This document shows positions 10,167-19,582 of a stretch of 64,000 bases of DNA, piece after piece (within the stretch, counting starts at the first letter, position 1; each line of letters begins with the position of its first letter). A program made the translations under genes and the position numbers. The DNA is from Candidatus Latescibacterota bacterium (GTDB lineage Bacteria; Latescibacterota; UBA2968). The notes beneath the pieces were generated by a model. The model had not been told where the DNA came from and ran no database searches. It saw nothing but the letters and a program-made list of their open reading frames with translations. The stretch covers positions 1,248,001-1,312,000 of the forward strand of contig OZ220741.1 in the NCBI GenBank assembly GCA_965116885.1, written 5' to 3'.

Positions 10167-12401
10167 ATGGCCTATAACCCCGTGACCAAACACATCTCAA
10201 CGCCTTTTGCGGAAAACGTATCGCCAGATAACGCCCTGCCAGAACACCCGCGCCCTCAAATGGTGCGCCAGCACTGGCAAAACCTCAACGGCCTGTGGGA
10301 CTACGCTCTCGAACCCATCGGCAACACCAGCGCACCTGATACCTATCAGGGTCAAATCCTCGTACCCTTTGCCATTGACGCCCCCCTCTCTGGCATCATG
10401 GAAATTCTCCGCCCGAACCAGCGACTCTGGTATCGCCGGAATATTACCCTTCCCGACGCCTGGGCGGACAAACGCGTACTCCTCCATTTTCAGGCATCTG
10501 ACTGGGAAACCAGCGTCTATATCAACGGCGAGCAAGCGGGACAACACCGCGGCGGATACGACCCCTTCACCTTTGACATCACCGACCATTTAACAGACGG
10601 CGCGAACGAACTCACCGTCTCCTGCTGGGACGCCACCGAGCAAAAGCCCCAGGCCCTTGGCAAACAAATCATGCCGGAAAACCGCCAGGGATTTCGGTAT
10701 CAACCCACTGGCGGCATCTGGCAAACCGTCTGGCTCGAAGCCGTAGCAGAGCAATCCATCCGCACCCTTCGTCTCACACCCGATATAGACGCTGCAAAGA
10801 TAGATATTACTGTCTCAGGCGAAAACTTGAATGGCTGCCAAATTCAAACAATCGCCTATGACGGCAACCGGCAAATCTCCGAAGCAACTGGACAAGCCGA
10901 CCACACCATCTCTCTGCCCATTCCAAACGCAAAACTCTGGCATCCAGACCACCCCTTCCTCTACGACCTCAAAGTCAAAGTACAACACAACGGCGAAACC
11001 ATCGACACCATCGACAGCTACTTTGGCATGCGAAAAATAGCCATCGGCGAAGACGAAAACGGCATCAAACGCTTCCGCCTCAACGACAAACCCATCTTTC
11101 AACTCGGTCCCCTGGACCAGGGCTATTGGCCCGACGGCATCCTCACCCCACCATCTGACGAAGCCATCCTCTTCGACCTCCAGTACCTCAAACAAATCGC
11201 ATGCAACATGGTGCGCGTACACGTCAAAACCCATCCCGATCGCTGGTACTATCACTGCGACCGGCTCGGCCTATTGGTCTGGCAAGACATGGTCTGCATG
11301 CCCAAATTCGGACAAAGCGTCACCCCCGAAGCCGCACAACAATGGCAGACCGAATTTGACAACATCATGGACTGGCTGCACAATCACCCCAGTGTTGTCC
11401 AGTGGATCATCTTCAACGAAGGCTGGGGGCAGAACGACACCGAACGTCTCACAGACCACGTCGCACAACGCGACCCCTCTCGCCTCGTCACCAGTGCCAG
11501 CGGCTGGGCCGACATGGGCACGGGCGACATCTGCGACATACACGACTACACCTTCTACCCGGCCACAGCGCAACAACAAAGCGCCAATGACCGCATCGTC
11601 CTCCTCGGCGAAGCGGGCGGATTCAACCTCTGTATCCCCGGTCACACCTGGTACGACCACGAAGAACCATCCGAACACATCGACCACATCAACGACATCA
11701 CCCGCCCCACATATCCAACGCCGCAGGCCCTGGAAGACGACTATCGCTTCTGGGTCGAAAACCTCCGCGCAATGGTCGGCCTCACGCCCCTCAACGGCAT
11801 CGTATATACCCAGATCACCGACGTCGAACACGAACTCAACGGCTGGCTCACCTACGACCGCAAAATCTCTAAAATCTACCCCGACGAACTCGGCAAAATC
11901 CACGCCACACTCTGGGATCCCCCGCAATTTGAAACCATCATCGGTCCCCACACCGAATGGCGATACAGCACGGGCGACGTATCCCCTCTCCCCGCCATAC
12001 ACACCTCGCCCCGCGCCAACCTGCCAAACTGCGGCGGTGACTGGTGTCAAACCCACTTCGACGATTCATCCTGGAACGCGGGCAAAGGCCCATTTGGCAC
12101 AGCAGAAGGAACCTCATCGGACGCTCCCATCTATCTCCGTACCGCCATTGACCTGAACCAACGCCCCGATAAACCCCTATTCTACGTCACCTCATCTGCC
12201 GACTGCCAGATCTTCATCAACGGCCAACTCATCCGCAGCCTCCGCGTCAGACAACACTCCGCACCCATCTCGGAAACCTGCGCCCTGCTCCATCCCGATG
12301 AATACGACCTCCTGACCCCTGGCAAAAACATCATCTGCGCCATCCTCTTACCTTCTCAACGACCGCCTTATCTAAGCGTTCAACTCCTGGACATGAAATG
12401 A
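10167..12401 (+). CDS. Glycoside hydrolase family 2
   Basis: WQNLNGLWDY, HRGGYDPF, LDQGYWPDG, FNEGWGQ, YTQITDVE. Confidence 0.85.
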   Translation: MAYNPVTKHISTPFAENVSPDNALPEHPRPQMVRQHWQNLNGLWDYALEPIGNTSAPDTYQGQILVPFAIDAPLSGIMEILRPNQRLWYRRNITLPDAWADKRVLLHFQASDWETSVYINGEQAGQHRGGYDPFTFDITDHLTDGANELTVSCWDATEQKPQALGKQIMPENRQGFRYQPTGGIWQTVWLEAVAEQSIRTLRLTPDIDAAKIDITVSGENLNGCQIQTIAYDGNRQISEATGQADHTISLPIPNAKLWHPDHPFLYDLKVKVQHNGETIDTIDSYFGMRKIAIGEDENGIKRFRLNDKPIFQLGPLDQGYWPDGILTPPSDEAILFDLQYLKQIACNMVRVHVKTHPDRWYYHCDRLGLLVWQDMVCMPKFGQSVTPEAAQQWQTEFDNIMDWLHNHPSVVQWIIFNEGWGQNDTERLTDHVAQRDPSRLVTSASGWADMGTGDICDIHDYTFYPATAQQQSANDRIVLLGEAGGFNLCIPGHTWYDHEEPSEHIDHINDITRPTYPTPQALEDDYRFWVENLRAMVGLTPLNGIVYTQITDVEHELNGWLTYDRKISKIYPDELGKIHATLWDPPQFETIIGPHTEWRYSTGDVSPLPAIHTSPRANLPNCGGDWCQTHFDDSSWNAGKGPFGTAEGTSSDAPIYLRTAIDLNQRPDKPLFYVTSSADCQIFINGQLIRSLRVRQHSAPISETCALLHPDEYDLLTPGKNIICAILLPSQRPPYLSVQLLDMK

Positions 12402-12409
12402 TCTGTCCC

Positions 12410-12433
12410 TTCGTGTCCTTTGTGTCCTTCGTG
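12410..12433. repeat. Short 9-bp tandem repeat (TTYGTGTCC) x ~2.7
   Basis: ttcgtgtcc tttgtgtcc ttcgtg, intergenic. Confidence 0.6.
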
Positions 12434-12453
12434 GATAAGAAAAAGGAACATCT

Positions 12454-14016
12454 ATGCACCCCAACATCATCATATTCCTCGTCGATGACATGGGCACGGG
12501 CGACACCAGCGCGTACCAGGACTGGACCGGCAATCGCGACGACGAACAACTCCACACCCCCAGCCTGGAACGCCTCGCGCGCCTGGGCGTGCGTTTTACC
12601 GATGCACACACGCCATCAACTGTATGCACCCCCACGCGCTACGCCCTCCTCACCGGACGCTATTGCTGGCGCACGCAACTCAAACACAAAGTCGCCTTTG
12701 GTCCCCACTACCCGCCACTCATCGAAAAAGAACGCCCCACACTCGCCACCATCCTCAAAGAAGCCGGATATCGCACCGGCATCTCGGGAAAATGGCACGT
12801 GGGCTTGACCTACACAAAATCCGACGGCTCACCCGCTGAAGGCTGGGACGACGCAGACGTGCGCCAACCCCTGACCGACTCCCCCGAAGAACACGGCTTT
12901 GACTACCACTTCATCACCAACCGCAGCCATGGAACCTCTGGCAATGCGGGCTGGATCGAAAACCGTCGCTGCATCGGCGCAACCGGCAAAAACCCTCACG
13001 ACATCGCGGGTTACGACCTGTACAAAACCGGATCCATGAACTTCCAGCACGCCGTTGGCTTCCTCGATGATCATCTCGCAGAAGAAGACACAAAACAACA
13101 ACCCTTCTTCCTCTACTACGCCGCCAACGCCAATCACACACCCCACACACCGTGCGATTCCCTCAACGGCGTACCCATCACGGGACAGGCGCACTTCAAA
13201 AACGGCAAGCGCGAACTCTCGCGTCCACACGCAACCACCAACGACCCCAATGGCTGGGAAAGCACCGAATGGGGCAAACAGCGCGACCAGGTCGGCGGCT
13301 GCGAGCACAACACGCCCGAACGCCTCGACTTCATATACGAAAACGACGTCGCAGTCGGCCAATTGCTCAACTACCTCGAAACCCACGACGACCCGCGCAA
13401 CCCCGGCCACAAACTCATCGACAACACCCTCTTCATCTTTTCCAGCGACAACGGCGCGGAAAACGCGGGCAAAGAATCCAGCGGATACTACCGCGGTCGC
13501 AAAGCCCACATCCACGAAGGCGGCCATCGCGTGCCCACAATCGCTTTCTGGAAACAGGGCAACATCGGCGACGGCAACGACGCGACACCCGGGCGCACCA
13601 GCCACATCACGTATGGACTCAACGACCTCATATTGTCCATCGCAGACCTCGTCGGCATCGAAGCATCCCCTCGTGCGGGATTTGCCGAAGACAGCACCAG
13701 CATCGCGTCCTTTCTCACCGGCCTGAAAGACGACGAATTTGAACCCCACCCCCTCGTCCTCCACGACGACTACATCATGGGGCCCATGCTCTCGCTGCGA
13801 GATGGCGATTGGAAATTGATTGTCGGGCAAGAACTCATTACAGAAGACAAATTAAAACACCACGCCCTCTTCAACTTAAAAGACAACCCCACAGAAGACG
13901 AACGCCAGAACCTCATCGCATCGGCACAACACCGCCACCTCGTCGAATCTCTCTCCGAAAAACTACTGGACATTTACCACCAGAGGAACACCCATGCAAA
14001 CGCCCTTCCCAGCTAA
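12454..14016 (+). CDS. Sulfatase (Cys-type)
   Basis: CTPTRYALLTGRY, GKWH, SSDNG. Confidence 0.9.
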   Translation: MHPNIIIFLVDDMGTGDTSAYQDWTGNRDDEQLHTPSLERLARLGVRFTDAHTPSTVCTPTRYALLTGRYCWRTQLKHKVAFGPHYPPLIEKERPTLATILKEAGYRTGISGKWHVGLTYTKSDGSPAEGWDDADVRQPLTDSPEEHGFDYHFITNRSHGTSGNAGWIENRRCIGATGKNPHDIAGYDLYKTGSMNFQHAVGFLDDHLAEEDTKQQPFFLYYAANANHTPHTPCDSLNGVPITGQAHFKNGKRELSRPHATTNDPNGWESTEWGKQRDQVGGCEHNTPERLDFIYENDVAVGQLLNYLETHDDPRNPGHKLIDNTLFIFSSDNGAENAGKESSGYYRGRKAHIHEGGHRVPTIAFWKQGNIGDGNDATPGRTSHITYGLNDLILSIADLVGIEASPRAGFAEDSTSIASFLTGLKDDEFEPHPLVLHDDYIMGPMLSLRDGDWKLIVGQELITEDKLKHHALFNLKDNPTEDERQNLIASAQHRHLVESLSEKLLDIYHQRNTHANALPS

Positions 14017-15193
14017 ACTACCACTTGAAAAACCGGACCGCGAACTCAGCGCCTCGATGGAGCGCATGTACGAGATATGGAACCCTCATGAAGACCGCGG
14101 CAATGAATTCTTCAGCAACTTCAAATACTCACCCCTCGAAGGATTCTCGCGAGAACCCAACGTCTCCCGCCGCGACCCATCCAAAGTCCTCCGCATCGAC
14201 GGCACTTATTACGTCTGGTACACTTGCAGGCGCACAAAAGGCCCGCCCGTCGGTCACGAAAACGCCACCGACGACATCCCCTCTGTCGATTGGGACCTCG
14301 CAGACATCTGGTATGCCACCAGCGAAGACGGCTTTCACTGGGAAGAACAGGGACCAGCCGCCACCCGCCCATCAAAAGGCGAATTTGGCTGGCGCTCAAA
14401 CTGCACCCCCGACATCCTCGTCTGGAAAGACAAATACTACCTCTATCACCAGGCATACAGCGAAGTCATTCAGGGCGGCGACTCGTGCCCCGTCACCATC
14501 GCCATTGCCGACTCTCCCCATGGACCCTGGACGCGACTGGGCAGACCGATCGTAGAACCCGGCGGACCCGACGACTGGGACTGCAACTGCGTACACGACC
14601 CCTTCCCCCTCATCTACAAAGGCAAAATCCACATGTATTACAAAGGCTCGCCCGGTCAAAAACGCGGCGGCGCAAACATCATCCGCGCCCAGGGCGTTGC
14701 CATAGCCGACCATCCGGAAGGACCATACAAAAAATCACCGCTAAACCCCGTCCTCAACTCCGGCCACGAAACCTGCCTCTGGCCCTACAAAGAAGGCATC
14801 GCCGCAATCGTCAGCCTGGACGGACCCGAAAAAAACACCGTGCAATACGCGCCCGATGGCCTCCATTTCGAAATGAAATCCCTGCTCCAGGTACCCCCCG
14901 TCGCGCCCGGACCCTTTGTGCCCGACGCATTTGCCGACAACGGCGACGGCCGCGGCATCACCTGGGGACTCTGCCACATCAACCCGGACGGCGGGGGCAG
15001 CATGAGCGAATCCGTCCTCGCCCGATTCGACTGCGACCTCAGCCGCGACACAGACCGCCCCCTCTTCAAAAACAACAACCTGCGCTTTGACGAACCCACC
15101 TACTTCCAGCGCGTCCTCAAACTGCCCGAATACCTCCAAAAGCAAATCCTCAAAGAACAGAATGATACCGATCAAAACACCATCGGAACATAA
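13994..15193 (+). CDS. Glycoside hydrolase family 117-like (anhydro-galactosidase family) beta-propeller
   Basis: LSASMERMY N-terminus, SRRDPS, DWDLADIWYATS, HDP, NSGHET, DGPEKNTVQY. Confidence 0.8.
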   Translation: MQTPFPAKLPLEKPDRELSASMERMYEIWNPHEDRGNEFFSNFKYSPLEGFSREPNVSRRDPSKVLRIDGTYYVWYTCRRTKGPPVGHENATDDIPSVDWDLADIWYATSEDGFHWEEQGPAATRPSKGEFGWRSNCTPDILVWKDKYYLYHQAYSEVIQGGDSCPVTIAIADSPHGPWTRLGRPIVEPGGPDDWDCNCVHDPFPLIYKGKIHMYYKGSPGQKRGGANIIRAQGVAIADHPEGPYKKSPLNPVLNSGHETCLWPYKEGIAAIVSLDGPEKNTVQYAPDGLHFEMKSLLQVPPVAPGPFVPDAFADNGDGRGITWGLCHINPDGGGSMSESVLARFDCDLSRDTDRPLFKNNNLRFDEPTYFQRVLKLPEYLQKQILKEQNDTDQNTIGT

Positions 15194-15218
15194 CAGACCC
15201 CTGGAGGTATGGTCTGCT

Positions 15219-15292
15219 GGGCGGGCACAGGGGCACCGCCCCTACATAACACAGGATTATTACACGTAGGGACAACCCCCTGTGGTTGTCCT
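15219..15292. repeat. GTAG-type REP doublet, copy 1
   Basis: ...GGCACAGGGGCACCGCCCCTAC-N20-GTAGGGACAACCCCCTGTGGTTGTCCT. Confidence 0.8.
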
Positions 15293-15314
15293 GCGACATT
15301 TTTTAGGAGCCATC

Positions 15315-16391
15315 ATGAAAACGATCTACCGATCAACACTCGTGCAAGGGATATGCTGTTTCCTGCTCATCGGCGGACTGCTCGCCCCACCCGCAGAGGC
15401 CGTTAAATTTCGCACCGAAGCAGGTCAACTCCAGCAATCAAAATTCGTCATCGCCATACCGGAGTCCTGGAATGGGAAACTCCTGCTGCTGGCGCACGGC
15501 CATCGCTCCGAAAATGCGCCCCTGAGCGCCGATTTTCGCACAGAGTCACCCACGTACCAGCATTTGCTTGCCGATGGCTGGATGATCGCATCTACCAGCT
15601 ACCGCCGCAACGGTGCGATCATCGTCGATGCGGTAGCGGACATCGAACTGCTACGCCAGCACATTGTCCAAACTTATGGCACGCCTGAACGTCTGCTTGT
15701 ACAGGGTAGCTCAATGGGCGGTGCGATCGTGGCCCTGATCGCCGAAACCGCTCCCGAAGGTTATGACGGCTTGCTCGCGTTGGGGGCGGCACTGCAAATG
15801 CGAGATGCAGAGCAACCCCACGAATGGAATTACACCCCACGTCTCCCGTTGCTCTTCGTCAGTAACCAGAGTGAAGTGGAGGGACCCCAGGCATACATCC
15901 AGAAAGCGGTAAAGGCACCGAGTGTGCCAGTGTTCTGGTCTGTGGCACGCGACGGACACGTCAATCTCAGAGAGATCGAACGAGAAACCGCGTTGCGTGC
16001 GCTCGACGCCTATCTGGACACCGGCACGATTGAACGAGACAAAGATGCGACCATCGCTCCGAACCATGTGTCGTCTGCGGAATTTGTGGAAGGTGGGGCT
16101 TACACAAAGATAGAGAGCATCTCCTCGACCTACGGCAACATCAACACCGAATTTATCGAGGGCGACCTGCAGCAACTTGGCATCTCTCCCAAAACCCGTT
16201 TTCAGGTCAGCTATGGGGAGCAGACATTCACAGTGTTGCTCGCCACCACCTATGGAGACGTACCGCGCGGAGAGTGGGTTGCATTCCTGACAGTGGAAGG
16301 TCGCTTGAGGATTGCTCGCAACTACGAGAACGCCTCAAAGACACTTGGGTGTAAGGAGGGCGACAAAATCTTCATCGCACCCGCCAAATAA
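15315..16391 (+). CDS. Secreted alpha/beta hydrolase fused to a SAM hydrolase/halogenase-like C-terminal domain
   Basis: Signal peptide ending AEA; GSSMGG nucleophile elbow; C-terminal YGNINTE...TYGDVPRGE...A...GRLRIARN...ASKTLG. Confidence 0.65.
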   Translation: MKTIYRSTLVQGICCFLLIGGLLAPPAEAVKFRTEAGQLQQSKFVIAIPESWNGKLLLLAHGHRSENAPLSADFRTESPTYQHLLADGWMIASTSYRRNGAIIVDAVADIELLRQHIVQTYGTPERLLVQGSSMGGAIVALIAETAPEGYDGLLALGAALQMRDAEQPHEWNYTPRLPLLFVSNQSEVEGPQAYIQKAVKAPSVPVFWSVARDGHVNLREIERETALRALDAYLDTGTIERDKDATIAPNHVSSAEFVEGGAYTKIESISSTYGNINTEFIEGDLQQLGISPKTRFQVSYGEQTFTVLLATTYGDVPRGEWVAFLTVEGRLRIARNYENASKTLGCKEGDKIFIAPAK

Positions 16392-16409
16392 ACCTTATAG
16401 GAGACCCCA

Positions 16410-17813
16410 ATGCCCAATCCCAACATCGTCTATATCTTCTTCGACGACCTCGGTTATGGGGACATCAGCTATCTCAATCCCGAATCCAAAATCCATACAC
16501 CAAATATGGACCGCCTATCCTCAGAAGGCATGTGCTCCACCGATGTCCACTCCTGCTCCGCCGTGTGCTCCCCCTCGCGCTACGGCGTCTTAACCGGACG
16601 CTACTGCTGGCGCACCCGACTGCAAAACGGCGTCCTCAACGGATACTCAGAACCCCTCATCGAACCCGACCGCCTGACCGTCGCGTCCCTGCTCAAACAA
16701 CACGGATATCACACCGCTTGCATCGGCAAATGGCATGTGGGATTAAACTGGACGCGCAAAAAAGGCGTCCAGAACCTCGAAGATTACAGATTGGGATGGA
16801 ACCGCGGCGAAGCCATAGACTTCACCCAGCCATTTACCGGCGGACCGTGCGACCTCGGATTCGACTATTTTTACGGCATCTCCGCATCCCTGGACATGCC
16901 GCCCTATGTCTATCTCGAAAACAACCGCACAATCTGCGAGCCAACAGCCCGTGCTCCCCGAGGCCTCTTTGGCCGCGAAGGACACGCTGCGCCGGGCCTC
17001 AAACCCGAACACGTCATCCCGGACCTCACAAAAAAAGCGGTCTCCTTCATCGAAGAAACCGCAACAGACAAACAGCCCTTTTTCCTCTACTATCCCGTAA
17101 CCGGTCCCCACACACCCATCGCGCCAAACAAAGCATTCACAGGCAAAAGCCAGGCTGGCAAATACGGCGACTTCGTCGTCGAATGCGACTGGGCAGTGGG
17201 GCAAATCATGGACGCTGTTGAAAAAGCTGGCGCCACCGACAACACCCTCTTTATCGTCACCAGCGACAACGGACCCGAACGCTTTATGCACGCGCGAAAA
17301 CAAGAATACAACCACTACAGCGCCTATCACTTCCGCGGCTGCAAACGCGACAACTGGGAAGGTGGGCATCGCATCCCCTTCATCGCCCGCTGGCCCGAAA
17401 AAGTCGCAGCCGGATCCTTCAGCGACGAAATCATCTGTCTCACAGATCTCATCGCAACAGCCGCCGACATTGTCGGCCATACCCTTCCTGAAAATGCCGG
17501 CGAAGACAGTTGCAGCATCTTACCCGTCCTGACGCGCCAAAACGCGATACCCATCCGCGAAGCCACCGTACACCATTCTTCCAAAGGCGAATTTGCCATC
17601 CGCCAGGGCAAATGGAAATTGCTTCTCCATCAAAGCTCCGGCGGCAATGATTATCCCGACGACCCGCCAGATGATGCCCCCGGCCAACTCTACGACATGG
17701 AAACCGGCTACCGAGAACGCGAAAACCTCTACGCGCAACACCCCGAAATCGTATCGCAATTGACCGACCTGCTCAACCAGTACAAAACGAGGGACCGCAG
17801 TGTCCCCACATAA
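16410..17813 (+). CDS. Arylsulfatase (Cys-type)
   Basis: CSPSRYGVLTGRY, GKWH, TSDNG. Confidence 0.9.
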   Translation: MPNPNIVYIFFDDLGYGDISYLNPESKIHTPNMDRLSSEGMCSTDVHSCSAVCSPSRYGVLTGRYCWRTRLQNGVLNGYSEPLIEPDRLTVASLLKQHGYHTACIGKWHVGLNWTRKKGVQNLEDYRLGWNRGEAIDFTQPFTGGPCDLGFDYFYGISASLDMPPYVYLENNRTICEPTARAPRGLFGREGHAAPGLKPEHVIPDLTKKAVSFIEETATDKQPFFLYYPVTGPHTPIAPNKAFTGKSQAGKYGDFVVECDWAVGQIMDAVEKAGATDNTLFIVTSDNGPERFMHARKQEYNHYSAYHFRGCKRDNWEGGHRIPFIARWPEKVAAGSFSDEIICLTDLIATAADIVGHTLPENAGEDSCSILPVLTRQNAIPIREATVHHSSKGEFAIRQGKWKLLLHQSSGGNDYPDDPPDDAPGQLYDMETGYRERENLYAQHPEIVSQLTDLLNQYKTRDRSVPT

Positions 17814-17825
17814 AACGGAGAAAGC

Positions 17826-19481
17826 ATGAACGCTTCGGACCTATTTGTCAAAGCACTGGAAAATGAAGGCGTGGGATATATCTACGGCGTACCCGGAGAA
17901 GAAAACCTCGCCTTTCTGGAAGCCCTTCGCAAATCGAGCATCAAACTCATCTTGACGCGCCACGAACAGGGTGCCGCATTTATGGCTGCGACCTATGGGC
18001 GACTCACGGGCAAAGCCGGCGTCTGCCTCGCCACACTCGGTCCCGGCGCGACCAATTTTGTGACGGGTGCGGCCTATGCCCAACTGGGCGGCATGCCCCT
18101 GCTCATGATCACGGGCCAAAAACCCATCAAAAAGAGCAAACAGGGCCAGTTTCAGATCATCGACGTCGTGAGCATGATGGAACCCCTCACAAAATACACC
18201 CGACAAATCGTCAACGTAGATATGATCCCCTCCATGGTGCGGGAGGCATTTCGCCTCGCACAAGAAGAGCGCCCCGGCGCCGTACATCTGGAATTGCCGG
18301 AAGATGTCGCCGAAGAACCCGTTGACGAACACACCACGCCGGTCTTTAACATCAGCACATGCAGACGCGGCGACGCCAATGAACGCGCCATTGACGACGC
18401 TGTAAAAATGATCAAAGAAGCCACGCGGCCCTTGCTCCTCCTGGGCGCGGGCACCAACCGCAAGCGCATCTGGGAATCCGTGGCGCACTTCCTCGACAAA
18501 ACCGGCATCCCCTTTTTCAATACCCAACTGGGCAAAGGCGTCGTTGGCGGTCTCCACCCCCTGTTCCTGGGCACCGCAGCACTATCCGACGGCGACTATC
18601 TCCACTGCGCGATTGAACGCGCCGATCTGATCATAAACGTCGGACACGATGTCGTGGAAAAACCGCCATTTTTCATGTCACACGACGAAGGCGCAACCCG
18701 GGTCATCCACATCAACTTCCAATCCGCCGTGGTAGATAATGTCTATTTTCCACAACTGGAAGTCGTAGGCGATATTGCAAACACGATCCGGCGCCTCGCC
18801 GACAAAACCTGCAAAACAGCCTCGCACGATTTCGACTATTACCTGCGCATCCGCGACCAGATCCAGGAACACATTCGTCTGGGAGAGAACGACAACAGCT
18901 TCCCCGTAAAACCACAGCGCCTCGTCTGGGACGTCCGCAAAGTCCTGCCCGAAGACGGCATCATTGCCCTGGACAACGGCGTGTACAAAATTTGGTTTGC
19001 GCGCAACTACCCGACCACGCAACCCAACACCGTGTTGCTGGACAACGCCCTTGCCACCATGGGCGCGGGCCTGCCCTCGGCAATGGAAGCCGCGCGGTTT
19101 TATCCCAACCGGCGGGTCATGGCGATTTGTGGCGACGGTGGTTTTATGATGAACAGCCAGGAATTGGAAACAGCCGTAAGACTCAACCTCAATCTCGTCG
19201 TCCTGATCTTGCGAGACAATGCCTACGGCATGATCCGCTGGAAACAATACGGGATGGGGCTTCCCGATTTTGGACTGGAATTTGACAACCCGGATTTTGT
19301 CATGTACGCCAACAGTTATGGCGCACATGGACACCGCGTAAAATCCACAGAAATGACTGTACCCCTGCTGGAAAAATGTTATGCCAAAGGCGGCGTACAC
19401 CTCGTCGAAATACCCGTGGATTACTCTGAAAACCAGAAAGTGCTCGTCGATGAACTGCAAGCAAAGACTTGTTTATTATAA
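17826..19481 (+). CDS. Acetolactate synthase large subunit-like ThDP enzyme
   Basis: GVPGEEN, RHEQGAAFMA, LDNALATMGAG, GDGGFMMNSQE. Confidence 0.9.
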   Translation: MNASDLFVKALENEGVGYIYGVPGEENLAFLEALRKSSIKLILTRHEQGAAFMAATYGRLTGKAGVCLATLGPGATNFVTGAAYAQLGGMPLLMITGQKPIKKSKQGQFQIIDVVSMMEPLTKYTRQIVNVDMIPSMVREAFRLAQEERPGAVHLELPEDVAEEPVDEHTTPVFNISTCRRGDANERAIDDAVKMIKEATRPLLLLGAGTNRKRIWESVAHFLDKTGIPFFNTQLGKGVVGGLHPLFLGTAALSDGDYLHCAIERADLIINVGHDVVEKPPFFMSHDEGATRVIHINFQSAVVDNVYFPQLEVVGDIANTIRRLADKTCKTASHDFDYYLRIRDQIQEHIRLGENDNSFPVKPQRLVWDVRKVLPEDGIIALDNGVYKIWFARNYPTTQPNTVLLDNALATMGAGLPSAMEAARFYPNRRVMAICGDGGFMMNSQELETAVRLNLNLVVLILRDNAYGMIRWKQYGMGLPDFGLEFDNPDFVMYANSYGAHGHRVKSTEMTVPLLEKCYAKGGVHLVEIPVDYSENQKVLVDELQAKTCLL

Positions 19482-19509
19482 TTTTATTACTTCTTTGTTG
19501 TTTCTTCAG

Positions 19510-19574
19510 TAATATTTGTCAACAATATCGTTGACAAATACTTACCAGTAGTGCAAAAAATTTCTTGCACCACT
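19510..19574. terminator. Two adjacent AT-rich palindromes between convergent genes, probably a bidirectional terminator region
   Basis: TATTTGTCAAC-N6-GTTGACAAATA, then AGTAGTGCAAAAAA/TTTCTTGCACCACT. Confidence 0.45.
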
Positions 19575-19582
19575 CGCATGAC

